Shown one piece after another: positions 14,802 through 24,888 of a stretch of 51,058 nt of DNA. Numbering within the stretch: the first letter of the stretch is position 1; each line of letters starts with the position of its first letter. Under the pieces are notes generated by a model, which had not been told where the DNA came from, did no database searches, and saw nothing but the letters and a program-made list of their open reading frames with translations. Source of the DNA: a virus; IMG/VR virus record IMGVR_UViG_3300015203_000011, positions 1-51,058 of that record. The stretch is one strand, 5' to 3'. The translations under genes were made by a program, and so were the position numbers.

Positions 14802-15083
14802 ATGGCTGTATCCGTAGCGAATTTTCAAGCACGATTCCCTGAGTTTGCCTCCACTGATACTGGGTTGATCACCTTAGTATTGGCGGAAGCCTCTGCTCAA
14901 ATCGAGACTAGTGTTTGGAGTACGAGACGGGATGAGGGTATTAAATACCTTACAGCCCATTTGCTTGCGATTTCTCCTATGGGAGAACCTGCACGATTAG
15001 GTGCAGACAAGATGGAAACCATTTATGGAAAACATTTCGAACGTTTGATGAAACAAGTAACATTTGGATTACGTAATGCCTAG
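14802..15083 (+). CDS. Head-tail connector (DUF4054-like)
   Basis: FQARFPEF motif, and it follows the capsid gene. Confidence 0.55.
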   Translation: MAVSVANFQARFPEFASTDTGLITLVLAEASAQIETSVWSTRRDEGIKYLTAHLLAISPMGEPARLGADKMETIYGKHFERLMKQVTFGLRNA

Positions 15084-15567
15084 ATCCGCAGTTGTCATAA
15101 GTGACATTGATCGCGGATTTAATCAATACAAATCTTTGTTATACAAACTAGAAAAAAAACCTGCAGTTGTTACTATCGGTATTCTTGAAGAAGATGCCAA
15201 TAAAACTGAAGGTACTTCTGGAGCAAGACTTTTAGATGTAGCTATTTGGAATGAGTTTGGAACTTCAAAAATTCCCGCTCGATCTTTCATACGCGAACCG
15301 TTTGAACGACATGATCATTACGAAAAATTACAAATAAGTGTTTTGAAAAGATATCTCTCAGGAAATATTACATTAGAATCTGCTTTGAATATTGTCGGAG
15401 CAGCAGTAGTAAAATCCTTTAAGAAAAATATTTTTGATTTCATTGCACCAGAAAATGCTGTCAGTACGGTAGATAAAAAAGGATTTAATCATCCTTTAAT
15501 TGGATTAGGTTCACCCGACGGTGAACATCTCCTAAATGCAATAAATTATAGATTGGATAAGTTGTAA
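15076..15567 (+). CDS. HK97 gp10-like head-tail joining protein
   Basis: WNEFGTSKIPARSFIREPFE motif. The ATG at 15076 is preferred over the TTG at 15064. Confidence 0.55.
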   Translation: MPRSAVVISDIDRGFNQYKSLLYKLEKKPAVVTIGILEEDANKTEGTSGARLLDVAIWNEFGTSKIPARSFIREPFERHDHYEKLQISVLKRYLSGNITLESALNIVGAAVVKSFKKNIFDFIAPENAVSTVDKKGFNHPLIGLGSPDGEHLLNAINYRLDKL

Positions 15568-16169
15568 TGGATTGGTCAAGCATACGAACTGGAATAAAAG
15601 GATGGTTCGCAGGTGCGACAGGTCTTCCAGTAGTATGGATGAATGAAGCCAGACCCATGACTACAAAGCCAATGGGAATATTACAAATAATTTCCACTAG
15701 CGCATTTGGTCCAGACATAATTCAAAATACCTATATTGATACAAATCCAGTTGGAACTCCACCAACAATTATCGGGCAAGAAATCGTTACATCGGTTCAT
15801 GGACTTAGAAAAATTACAGTAAGTTGCATGGTAGTTTCACGAGATCAGACCTCAAACCACGATGCTCTTTATTACCTAGAACAAGCAAGAGGTCAACTGT
15901 ATAGACCTTCTCTTTTAGCACTATTAAAAACAGCAAATCTCAGTGTTTTGAATATGAATAATGCTATTAAAATTTCTGATGGTATCTTCCAAGATAGATA
16001 TGAGTCAAAAGCAGTATTGGATATTACATTCAGCACCGCAGAAAATCTGACCTTCGATGATGTGCAAGACAACAGCACCTATATTGATACCATCTCCCTT
16101 TCTTCAGAATTAGAAAACCCAGATGATGAGCAACTTGAATTAGATAATGCCATCATTGGAAACATTTAA
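15567..16169 (+). CDS. Neck / tail terminator candidate
   Basis: Position only. Confidence 0.35.
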   Translation: MDWSSIRTGIKGWFAGATGLPVVWMNEARPMTTKPMGILQIISTSAFGPDIIQNTYIDTNPVGTPPTIIGQEIVTSVHGLRKITVSCMVVSRDQTSNHDALYYLEQARGQLYRPSLLALLKTANLSVLNMNNAIKISDGIFQDRYESKAVLDITFSTAENLTFDDVQDNSTYIDTISLSSELENPDDEQLELDNAIIGNI

Positions 16170-16181
16170 CAGGAGTCTACA

Positions 16182-17495
16182 ATGAGTTTAGATAGTATTG
16201 TCAGTGTGACAATCTCACAACAGACCTCCGCAGTATCCGTAGCAGGTTTCGGTATTCCGCTTATTGCAGGGTATCATACACACTACAGTGATCGCGTTAG
16301 GTCATATGCAGCATCCGGAATGCTCGCACAATTAGTAACAGATGGCTTTTCAACTAAAGATCCAATCTACATGGCAGCCAATGCCATATTAAATCAACAA
16401 CCTTCAGTCTCGACTGTCATGGTTGGTAAGTTAGCTACTTCATCCTCAAGATTTTTATCAGTCGTACCCGTAGCAATTAATTCGCATGTCTATAGTATAA
16501 CAATAGATGGACATATCTGTACGTATACCTCGGATGGAAGTGCGACTGTTGCAGAAATATGCGCAGGTATGGCAAGTGCCATTACAACAGCAGCAATTTC
16601 TGGTGTAACCGCTACCGATAACACAACTAATTTTTCAATTGCATTGTCTGCTAATACCCTGCTCGTCTTTAAAGATTACAATCTTAATGATCTACATGTG
16701 TCTGATAGCACAACTGCAAATGCAAGTTTAGCAACTGAACTGAGTGCAATCCAAACAGCTAATAATGATTGGTATTGTTTGCTATTGGCATCACAGGGAA
16801 CCTCTGACATTCTAGCAGCCGCAGCCTGGGCCGAAGCCGCAAAGAAGATCTTTGGGTACAGCACCGCAGATTGGGGAGTCACCGATTCAGGAACCAGCAA
16901 TGACGTTGCTAGTTCACTAAGCGGATCTGCATATCTCCGAACCTTTGGTGTATATACAGCTAATATTGGTGAGTTTGCAGCAGCAGCTTTAGCAGGAAAG
17001 AGACTTTCACTACAACCCGGTTCAGAAACTTGGGCCTTCGCTCACCTGTCCGGAGTAACTCCAGCCGACATTACCGAAGCTCAAAGACTTATTATAGAAG
17101 GCAAACATTGCAATACCTATATGAAACTTGCAGGTAATAATATCATTCGATCTGGTGTAACAGCTAAACCTGAATATATCGATGTTGTTCGATTTATCGA
17201 TTACATTACTTCAGGTATCCAAGTCGCTGTATTTAGTGCACTTATTAATAACAACAAAATTGCCTATACGGATGCTGGAATCTCAACCATCAAAGGTTTG
17301 ATTTTGGGTGTATTGCAAAATGGCATTAATGTAGGTGGTTTTGCCTCATCCCCAGCACCAACAGTTACTGCACCCTTAGCTGCATCGGTTAGTACGAACG
17401 ATAAAGCTACTCGCAACCTTCCCAATGTCGTATTTAAAGCCACCCTCGCAGGTGCCATCCACACAGTCGCTGTATCTGGCGTTGTGAGTCTATAA
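16182..17495 (+). CDS. Tail sheath protein (DUF3383-like)
   Basis: N-terminus MSLDSIVSVTISQQTSAVSVAGFGIPLIAG, a size of 437 aa, and its position upstream of the tube gene. Confidence 0.7.
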   Translation: MSLDSIVSVTISQQTSAVSVAGFGIPLIAGYHTHYSDRVRSYAASGMLAQLVTDGFSTKDPIYMAANAILNQQPSVSTVMVGKLATSSSRFLSVVPVAINSHVYSITIDGHICTYTSDGSATVAEICAGMASAITTAAISGVTATDNTTNFSIALSANTLLVFKDYNLNDLHVSDSTTANASLATELSAIQTANNDWYCLLLASQGTSDILAAAAWAEAAKKIFGYSTADWGVTDSGTSNDVASSLSGSAYLRTFGVYTANIGEFAAAALAGKRLSLQPGSETWAFAHLSGVTPADITEAQRLIIEGKHCNTYMKLAGNNIIRSGVTAKPEYIDVVRFIDYITSGIQVAVFSALINNNKIAYTDAGISTIKGLILGVLQNGINVGGFASSPAPTVTAPLAASVSTNDKATRNLPNVVFKATLAGAIHTVAVSGVVSL

Positions 17496-17505
17496 GGAGT
17501 AACCA

Positions 17506-17934
17506 ATGGCTGATTTAAAGAATTACGGTCTTGACAATTTATTCTTCAGTTTCAACGGTATTCCGTTCGGACTTGGTGGATCTATTCAATCCTTGAAGAT
17601 TGCTCAAGCTAGCAATGGTTTCGAAGATGAAGTGGGTTCAGGTGGAGAAGTTGTTCGCATTAAGAAACTTGATGGAAGAGCTTCAGTAACCTTAACACTT
17701 ACCGGATACTCTTCAGACAATCTAATTCTCTCGGCTTTACACGAAGCCGATCTCTTGGCCCCTAACGGAGTCGGTGTTGGGATTTTGTTCGCTGAGCAAG
17801 GTAACGATAAGTTCATGGCTGCCAAAGCTTGGATCCAGAAGGCCCCAGATCGTGACTATGCCGGTGATAAAATTGGTGATTGTGAATGGGTATTTCGTTG
17901 TGCTGATCTAGTACGTATCGATGGTGGCAACTAA
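17506..17934 (+). CDS. Tail tube protein (DUF3277-like)
   Basis: 142 aa after the sheath gene. Motif VGSGGEVVRIKKLDGRASVTLTL. Confidence 0.6.
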   Translation: MADLKNYGLDNLFFSFNGIPFGLGGSIQSLKIAQASNGFEDEVGSGGEVVRIKKLDGRASVTLTLTGYSSDNLILSALHEADLLAPNGVGVGILFAEQGNDKFMAAKAWIQKAPDRDYAGDKIGDCEWVFRCADLVRIDGGN

Positions 17935-17972
17935 GTCGTTAATTTACCTACTCTTTTAACTTTCTACTAAAC

Positions 17973-18003
17973 AAAAAGAGCAGGCGAAATCCTGCTTTTT
18001 TTA
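17973..18003 (+). terminator. Intrinsic terminator
   Basis: AGCAGG-CGAAAT-CCTGCT followed by a T7 run. Confidence 0.8.
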
Positions 18004-18004
18004 G

Positions 18005-18033
18005 TTGACAATACTTCAAGTATCTGCTAAACT
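18005..18033 (+). promoter_or_regulatory. Promoter TTGACA-17-TAAACT
   Basis: Spacing counted directly. Confidence 0.5.
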
Positions 18034-18064
18034 TACTAGTTACCAAAATAATATAGGTTAAAAA

Positions 18065-18490
18065 ATGCGCGGATCAGAAGAAAAAAAGATCGGTGAGTAT
18101 ACGTTTGAAGTCTACCCACTGAGTTATGCAGATGGCCAAAAAGTTTTAGCTAAGGCTAAAGACTTGTTAATGCTTAAGATAGCAGATGAAGGTCAGTTCG
18201 ATGAGGGCGTATCCCCCCTCTGCGCCTCAGTCTTCATGAATCTGGATCCAGAGAATCTGGAGTTTGTAGTTAATAAACTAGCAGAAAAGAGTCGAGTCAA
18301 GTCCGATGGCGGAAACTACATGCCACTCGCTAGTCAAAAAGAGCTAGTGTTTGCCGGTGCCTATGAGATCATGTTCGAATTTCTAGACTTCGCCCTGGAG
18401 GTGAGTTACAGAAATTTTTTAGAAGGTCTAAAAAAGACAAGCAAAAGAAAACTCAGTCAGGCCGCGGAGTCGAACTCCCCGAAGGATTAG
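18065..18490 (+). CDS. Tail assembly chaperone (short, G-like product)
   Basis: Lies immediately upstream of the tape measure gene and contains a slippery site near its 3' end. Confidence 0.65.
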   Translation: MRGSEEKKIGEYTFEVYPLSYADGQKVLAKAKDLLMLKIADEGQFDEGVSPLCASVFMNLDPENLEFVVNKLAEKSRVKSDGGNYMPLASQKELVFAGAYEIMFEFLDFALEVSYRNFLEGLKKTSKRKLSQAAESNSPKD

Positions 18491-18675
18491 ACTGGGCTGC
18501 CCATCGAATAGCATCCTATAAAAGTCCATGGGCCGAATCTGGGTGCGGCTACTCAGTCAGTCTGCATGACATCTATGAAAAATGGACATTAGATGATGTC
18601 CTAGATGCCAATGATGTTTTAGATTTATATGATTCCTTACATGAAAAGAATATGCAAGAGTTGAAGAATAAGTAA
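18065..18675 (+). CDS. Frameshifted chaperone extension (GT-like, about 203 aa; -1 shift at 18430-18436)
   Basis: The -1 frame continuation KKDKQKKTQSGRGVELPEGLDW...MQELKNK ends exactly at the tape-measure ATG. Confidence 0.55.
18430..18436 (+). promoter_or_regulatory. -1 programmed frameshift slippery heptamer A_AAA_AAG
   Basis: It is in the zero frame as cta aaa aag. The -1 frame is open from 18367 to the TAA at 18673-18675. Confidence 0.6.
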
Positions 18676-20207
18676 TGAATGAAGCACTTCGCGAACTCGT
18701 AGTAAAAGTCAAAACATTCGCTGATACGAGTGGTCTAACTTCCTATGGGAAGAATATAGATTCCGTCATAGCTAAGGTAAATGGACTAGGTCTTGCACTT
18801 GGCGCAGGCGCAGCACTCTACGGAATGAAACGACTTGTCGAGAGTGGAGTCCAATTTGGCTCTTCTATAGTAGATAGCTCGAGAAAAGTTGGACTCTCTG
18901 CAGAGGAGTTTCAGAAATGGGGTTACGTAGCCGAACGTGCCGGAGTCTCAACAGAATCTGTGCAAAAGGCTATGGGGTTCTTAAATGCGAATCTCGGTGA
19001 AGCACAATTAGGAAGTGCAAAAGCAATTAAAGTTTTTGCAGCTTTACATATAGGTCTAAAAAATCAAGATGGAACTTGGAAAGATACAACCCAAGTCATT
19101 AATGAATTTTCTGATTCCCTAGCAGCACTACCAAACATAGCTCAGAAAACTGACTACGCTAAAAAATTAGGCGGAAAGGGAGCAAAAGAACTTGCTCAAA
19201 CATTTGGATTAGGTTCTAAGGCTATAGAAGAACAAAGAAAAGAACTAGAACGATTCGGCGGACTCCTTGATGGAAAAACAGCATCCGCACTTAAAGAACA
19301 CGAACATAAAATACTGCTAGTTCATAAAGCATGGGACGTTCTAAAAGCTAGGATTGCTTATGGAATGCTTCCGGTATTGGGTCAAATAACAGAAAAGATT
19401 GGTATGGTATCCAGATTTTTTCAGGAGCTAGAGGGCAAGACTGGTGCAGTTTCATTTGCATTTATTGCGATAGGTGCAGCGATGACAGCTACATTGATCC
19501 CGTCGTTCGCTCGATTCCTACCTTACATATTGCCTTTTAGTAAATTTCTATTGATTTTTACGGCAATAACTGCAGTAGTTCAAGAATTCATGGCCATCTT
19601 CGATCCTACAAAGATCGGCGTAATTGAAGTACTATTTCAAAAAATTTACGGTGATTCGGAAACCGCAAAACGTATGCAAGATATTCGAGATTCCTTTCAG
19701 GGGCTTTTTGACATCTTCACAAATAAAGAAAACACGAGTGCAATGTTGGAATTATTAGGGGATATGGCCTACGCATTAGAAAAGATTGCAGAAATAATAG
19801 TCCGTATAATACCATTATTTGTAAAACTGAGAAATTCAATTCAGTCCCTTCCCTCCTTGGATAAGATGTTGGGAAATCCAGAGGGAACGGGGAAATCTGC
19901 ATACGACGCAGCTATGGCAGCTAGACGCGGAGAAGCTACACCATACCATATCGCAAGACCAGGAAAGAGAGAATCAACGACTACACTAGATGGCGTAATC
20001 CCACTTTCAATGCAATCACCCGACAGTCCAGGCAATGTAGCATTCAATAAAAGTTCTGCATCCTACAACTCAGCCTCCTCAGTAACTAACCATAATACAA
20101 TAAATATCAATGGTGGAAATTTAGTTGAAGTTAGAAAAGTTATTGAAGATACGATCAATGGTAAATTAATATTTACTAAAGAAGATTTCGTTACGGCGGT
20201 GCCCTGA
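18675..20207 (+). CDS. Tail tape measure protein
   Basis: SRKVGLSAEEFQKWGYVAERAGVSTESVQKAMGFLNANLG resembles a tape-measure core. Internal hydrophobic segments. Position fits. Confidence 0.8.
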   Translation: MNEALRELVVKVKTFADTSGLTSYGKNIDSVIAKVNGLGLALGAGAALYGMKRLVESGVQFGSSIVDSSRKVGLSAEEFQKWGYVAERAGVSTESVQKAMGFLNANLGEAQLGSAKAIKVFAALHIGLKNQDGTWKDTTQVINEFSDSLAALPNIAQKTDYAKKLGGKGAKELAQTFGLGSKAIEEQRKELERFGGLLDGKTASALKEHEHKILLVHKAWDVLKARIAYGMLPVLGQITEKIGMVSRFFQELEGKTGAVSFAFIAIGAAMTATLIPSFARFLPYILPFSKFLLIFTAITAVVQEFMAIFDPTKIGVIEVLFQKIYGDSETAKRMQDIRDSFQGLFDIFTNKENTSAMLELLGDMAYALEKIAEIIVRIIPLFVKLRNSIQSLPSLDKMLGNPEGTGKSAYDAAMAARRGEATPYHIARPGKRESTTTLDGVIPLSMQSPDSPGNVAFNKSSASYNSASSVTNHNTININGGNLVEVRKVIEDTINGKLIFTKEDFVTAVP

Positions 20208-20833
20208 TGTCAAACCCCCTTTCGACAATTGCACTTCTAGTTCAAAATCCTACGACGATAGGTTCTATATCCCTAGACGCATCTATAAATGAAACGCATC
20301 ACTCATCTGCATTGATCACAGACCACCCAGTTGAGGTGGGCGTAAACATTACCGATCATGTCGTTGTGCAACCCGACACACTAGAAATACATGGTATTAT
20401 TTCTAATACTTCCTTACTATTCCCAGCCGCACTACCCGGCGTAGCTTTAGTTCAGAGTATAGGTAATCTGATAACGGGCGTTTCGAACGATCACGCTCAG
20501 ACATCCTATCTAGCACTGAAGGATTTAGTATCTGGTAATGCCCTCGTAACCATTGTTACGACCCTTAGACAATATGAAAATATGCTTCTAGAAGATTTAT
20601 CAGTTGACCGAAATGCTCAGTATGCGGATGCAATAAAGTTTACAGTTAGGGCAAAAGAAGTTCGAATTATTAGTACGTCAAGTACCCCTCTTGCCGCTCA
20701 GGTCAAACCGCAAAAAATAACTAAAGCAGCAAAAAAAGGTCTTGGTACTCAGGCACCCATATCATCGACCCCATCAGCACCAATACGCACACCTACTTTC
20801 CTAGGTGGTATTGTAAAAGGTATTGCAAAATGA
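20207..20833 (+). CDS. Tail/baseplate protein
   Basis: Position after the tape measure gene. Confidence 0.4.
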   Translation: MSNPLSTIALLVQNPTTIGSISLDASINETHHSSALITDHPVEVGVNITDHVVVQPDTLEIHGIISNTSLLFPAALPGVALVQSIGNLITGVSNDHAQTSYLALKDLVSGNALVTIVTTLRQYENMLLEDLSVDRNAQYADAIKFTVRAKEVRIISTSSTPLAAQVKPQKITKAAKKGLGTQAPISSTPSAPIRTPTFLGGIVKGIAK

Positions 20834-21162
20834 GTTTACAAATACCTACAAGTCAGACTCTACCCTTCTATAGTGAAACAGTATTGTTAGAAGGAACAAG
20901 TTACAATTTATTTTTTAAATGGAATGTTCGAGATTCTGCCTGGTACATGAGTATTCAAACTAGCAACCAAGTAGATATTGTAGATGGGATTAAAATAGTT
21001 TGTGATTGGGGACTTCTCAGACGCTACCGATCCTTAGCTGTACCCCCAGGTGAGATAGTTGCAGTAGATACCACAGGTGCTGGTATTGATCCGGGATTAA
21101 ATGATCTCGGTACTCGAGTCATTCTAACCTATGTAACATCCCCAGAATTGAGTTCTACTTAA
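20830..21162 (+). CDS. Baseplate-associated protein
   Basis: Position, with overlapping stop/start. Confidence 0.4.
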   Translation: MSLQIPTSQTLPFYSETVLLEGTSYNLFFKWNVRDSAWYMSIQTSNQVDIVDGIKIVCDWGLLRRYRSLAVPPGEIVAVDTTGAGIDPGLNDLGTRVILTYVTSPELSST

Positions 21163-22064
21163 TGATAGCAAACTATCAACTATTTAATAGATACATCAAG
21201 ATCTCAGTGGGACCATTGGATATAGAATCCCTACATGCATCATTCACAGTGGAAAAAGACCTTTCGCGAGTTGCAAATAAAGCCGAATTGATGGTCTACA
21301 ATTTAAATCCCGCTCACAGAAAAGCCTTCGATAGTGTCCCAAGTGGAATAACTCCCATTAAGATTAACACTGGCTATAGTGGATTTCCTACCATTGGTAG
21401 TGTCGGTGGTAGTTTAAATGTAGGTTCATCACCTATCGTAAACTCACTAGATAGTAGTTCACAGATTTTTTCAGGTGACGTAGTTCAGATTTTCAGTACT
21501 AAGTCTGGACCAGACTGGATTACAGTTTTCAGAACTGCGGATGGTGTAGATGCTGATCAGAAATCTAGAATAAATACAAGCTATAAAAAGGGACATGTTT
21601 ACAAAACTATAGCCCTTGACTTGATCAAAGCTTATAGAGTTTCTGGTGGTAAGGCCATAACAAAAATTAGTGAAAGTCAGTTTGACTCTGCTGCAACTAG
21701 TGTCCTTAGTAACTATACAGTGAGTGGTAAGGTGAACGAAGAGCTGCATGCCCTACTGACAAAAATGAAACTCACAGGTTCAGTTCAAGATGGCGAGTTA
21801 ATCATTCTCGGCGATAAAGAGTTTCTAGGAACCGATGCAATAGTACTCACCCCAGATACTGGATTACTTGGAAGCCCGGAATACCAGACAAATGGTTACG
21901 TAAAATGTCGAACTTTAGTTCGCCCAGAAATTAAACCAGGATATCAAATTAATATTCAATCCGATGCTGTGAACGGAAATTTTCGAGTTGAACGAGTTGT
22001 CTACACCGGCACTACTTACGATAACACCTGGTACACAGACATCGAAGCGAAACCAATAACTTAA
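21162..22064 (+). CDS. Baseplate hub candidate
   Basis: Position and size (300 aa). Confidence 0.45.
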   Translation: MIANYQLFNRYIKISVGPLDIESLHASFTVEKDLSRVANKAELMVYNLNPAHRKAFDSVPSGITPIKINTGYSGFPTIGSVGGSLNVGSSPIVNSLDSSSQIFSGDVVQIFSTKSGPDWITVFRTADGVDADQKSRINTSYKKGHVYKTIALDLIKAYRVSGGKAITKISESQFDSAATSVLSNYTVSGKVNEELHALLTKMKLTGSVQDGELIILGDKEFLGTDAIVLTPDTGLLGSPEYQTNGYVKCRTLVRPEIKPGYQINIQSDAVNGNFRVERVVYTGTTYDNTWYTDIEAKPIT

Positions 22065-22065
22065 T

Positions 22066-22779
22066 ATGCCATTAACAACTACACCTACATTGAGTCAGTT
22101 GCTACGAATCGCAAATAAGTCATTTGTCGATGAGATACATACGGCTTTTCCATGTGTAGTTCAGAGTTACGATTCTGGACATCAAACCGTAGATGTTCAG
22201 CCGCAGATTAAAAGACCAATACAAAAACAAGACGGTAGTACTACCTACGAATCCTATCCGGTTATTTCGAATGTTCCAGTTGCCTTCCCGAGAGCTGGTC
22301 AATGGTTCATGTCCTTCCCAATAACGACAGGCGATTGCATTTTCGTAGTCTGCTCTGAACGCTCACTTGATGAGTGGCGAGCTAATGGGTTCGAAACGGA
22401 AACATCTGATCTTCGAACACACGTCATTGATGGTGCAGTAGCATTCCCGGTAAATGTCTATCCAACAAGTTCACCTATTCAAAATGTGAGTGCAACAAAG
22501 TTAGTTATTGGTAATGATACAACTTCACGTATTTATATTGATACAAATCTAATAAATCTCTATGAAGAGAATGCAAATCAATTTGTAGCTCTAGGGCAAA
22601 AAACTGAAGATAGATTGTCTGCTCTTGAGGGAAAATTAAATGAGTTTATTGGAATATATAATGGGCACGTTCACGGTGGTGTGTTTGCAGGCGCAAGTTC
22701 AACGACCACTACCCCAGCAGTAGAAACAACATTGACTCCAGGCGCAACAGTCTCAGCAATTCACGTTAAGGCATCTTAA
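22066..22779 (+). CDS. Baseplate spike (gpV / gp5 N-terminal OB-like)
   Basis: FPCVVQSYDSGHQTVDVQPQIK is a typical spike N-terminus. Confidence 0.55.
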   Translation: MPLTTTPTLSQLLRIANKSFVDEIHTAFPCVVQSYDSGHQTVDVQPQIKRPIQKQDGSTTYESYPVISNVPVAFPRAGQWFMSFPITTGDCIFVVCSERSLDEWRANGFETETSDLRTHVIDGAVAFPVNVYPTSSPIQNVSATKLVIGNDTTSRIYIDTNLINLYEENANQFVALGQKTEDRLSALEGKLNEFIGIYNGHVHGGVFAGASSTTTTPAVETTLTPGATVSAIHVKAS

Positions 22780-23147
22780 TGGACTTAAAGTTAAATACTA
22801 GTGGCGATTTAGATACGACCAACAATAAATTCTCTGTTGTCGATGGTTATGATGCTATTAATCAAAATCTAAAAGTCAGATTTAGAACATTCCTTGGCGA
22901 GTGGTTTTTAGATACTTCAATTGGAATGCCCTGGTTTCAAGAGTTTCTAGTTAAGAATCCCAATAAGCTAATCATGGATGCTAGAATTCGAGCATGTATA
23001 CTTGGAACACCCGGTATTATAGCTCTTCAAAGTATCAATTATGATTTCAATCCATCTACCAGAAATATGGCAATTAGTTTCGTAGCTAAATTGCAATCTG
23101 GAACTAACTTTACATTCGTTTACGAACCCTTTGTGATAGGCGGTTAA
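22779..23147 (+). CDS. Baseplate wedge protein (gp25/W-like)
   Basis: 122 aa. Motif DAINQNLKVRFRTFLGEWFLDTSIGMPW. Confidence 0.55.
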   Translation: MDLKLNTSGDLDTTNNKFSVVDGYDAINQNLKVRFRTFLGEWFLDTSIGMPWFQEFLVKNPNKLIMDARIRACILGTPGIIALQSINYDFNPSTRNMAISFVAKLQSGTNFTFVYEPFVIGG

Positions 23148-23148
23148 T

Positions 23149-24321
23149 ATGACATATGGAATAACAAGTAGTGGTTTCGTAATCAAACCCCTCGAAAATG
23201 TCATCTCAGATGTGAGCGCATCTATTCAAGCTAATATAGACCCAGGTATTGATGTCGGAGCAACCTCCGTCATTGGTAACATCATTGCTCCACTCTCGAA
23301 CGAGATTGCAGATCTCTGGGATGTAGCTAACGCCATTTACTCTGCCTTCGATCCCGCCGCAGCTAGTGGCGTTCCATTGGACAATCTTTGCGATCTTACT
23401 GGCGTAGTTCGGCTACCTGCCACCTATAGCACTGTCACAGGAACCGCAAGACTAACAAATGGCACAACTCTCCCAGTGAACTCTCAGGCCAGCGTCAGTG
23501 GCGATACCTCGACTATTTTTACTACGATCGAGCAAATAGTCAACTCAAGCGGGATTACCGCTAATTTTCCAGTTAAAATGAGAGCCGTAGTTACTGGTCC
23601 ACAAGTAGCCAATTCCGGTACTTTAACCGTCATACAAACCCCAGTATCTGGTTGGGTAAGCATTACAAATGCCGCAGATGCCATACTCGGTACCAACATT
23701 GAATCAGATTCAGCACTGAGACTCCGCAGGTTTGAAGAGCTTACAGCCCAGGGTAAATCAACATTAGAGGCCGTTAAAGCCGACCTTTTAGCCGTAGCCG
23801 CTGTTACAGATGTAGTGGTTTTCGAAAACCAGACTTTAGTTACAGATGGCAATAGTACTCCGGGCAAGGCCTTTCAAAGTGTGGTACTTGGTGGTACAAA
23901 CGCAGATGTAGCGGCAGCCATCCTCGCCTCAGGGCCCTTAGGCATTCAACCCTACGGCACCACCTCAGTAAACGTTACTGATTCGCAAGGAATTGTTCAT
24001 GCCATAGGCTTTACAAGACCTACAACCATTCGACTTTATTGCGAAACTACTGTATTAACTGACCCTGCCCTATTCCCAGCAGATGGAGTCACTAAAATCA
24101 AGGCAGCATTAGCAGCTAAATTATCGAGCATGTGTCGTATTGGTGATGACGCAATCCGAACACAACTCTACTCCCCAATTTATACAGTTCCAGGGATCCT
24201 TAATGTGACTGTTTTGAAAATTGATAATGTGACCCCTACTGTAGCAACTGGAGACTTTACTGTAGCGGCAAAGTCCATTGCCCAATTAGCCACTGGCGAT
24301 ATTACGGTTACGGTGACCTGA
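23149..24321 (+). CDS. Baseplate J-like protein
   Basis: Size and position. ESDSALRLRR motif. Confidence 0.65.
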   Translation: MTYGITSSGFVIKPLENVISDVSASIQANIDPGIDVGATSVIGNIIAPLSNEIADLWDVANAIYSAFDPAAASGVPLDNLCDLTGVVRLPATYSTVTGTARLTNGTTLPVNSQASVSGDTSTIFTTIEQIVNSSGITANFPVKMRAVVTGPQVANSGTLTVIQTPVSGWVSITNAADAILGTNIESDSALRLRRFEELTAQGKSTLEAVKADLLAVAAVTDVVVFENQTLVTDGNSTPGKAFQSVVLGGTNADVAAAILASGPLGIQPYGTTSVNVTDSQGIVHAIGFTRPTTIRLYCETTVLTDPALFPADGVTKIKAALAAKLSSMCRIGDDAIRTQLYSPIYTVPGILNVTVLKIDNVTPTVATGDFTVAAKSIAQLATGDITVTVT

Positions 24322-24322
24322 T

Positions 24323-24877
24323 ATGACTATTGCGAATGATGCAAATCACGTTAGTGAAGGACTAGCATTACTGCTAGAGCAATTTAAAGGTAAACCTAAA
24401 ATTGCCGCAGTCTTGAGTTCCTTTTTAAAAGAGATTCAAGATTTAGAGGTAGTTCTACAATCCCTACTCAATTCTAGAACGATCGATAATGCAAGTGATT
24501 CTACACTCGATCTTATTGGACGTATTGTAAATCAACCTCGTGACATTCTAACAGATGCTGAGTATAGGCTCTGGTTAAAAGCCAGAATCATCATCAACAA
24601 AAGTTCCGGGGATATCGGAGAGATTTACAAAGTCTTGCAACTGATCTCAGGCAATTTTGATGTTGGAACATTTGGACTTGTGAGTGCCTACCCAGCATCC
24701 TTTGTAGCTACATCCTATGTTGCTAACGTAGCCGATCCAGTTACCCTTTACAATATTTTGAATGAGATGCGAGCTGTTACTATTTCATTCAACTATGTAT
24801 ATTATATTTCAAACCCTCTTTTCCGTCTTGATATTGGCCCGGGTTACGACCAAGGCCACATCGCTGGTATTCTTTAG
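24323..24877 (+). CDS. Baseplate / fibre-attachment protein (DUF2612-like)
   Basis: Lies between the J-like gene and the fibre gene. Confidence 0.4.
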   Translation: MTIANDANHVSEGLALLLEQFKGKPKIAAVLSSFLKEIQDLEVVLQSLLNSRTIDNASDSTLDLIGRIVNQPRDILTDAEYRLWLKARIIINKSSGDIGEIYKVLQLISGNFDVGTFGLVSAYPASFVATSYVANVADPVTLYNILNEMRAVTISFNYVYYISNPLFRLDIGPGYDQGHIAGIL

Positions 24878-24888
24878 GAGCTACTTAA

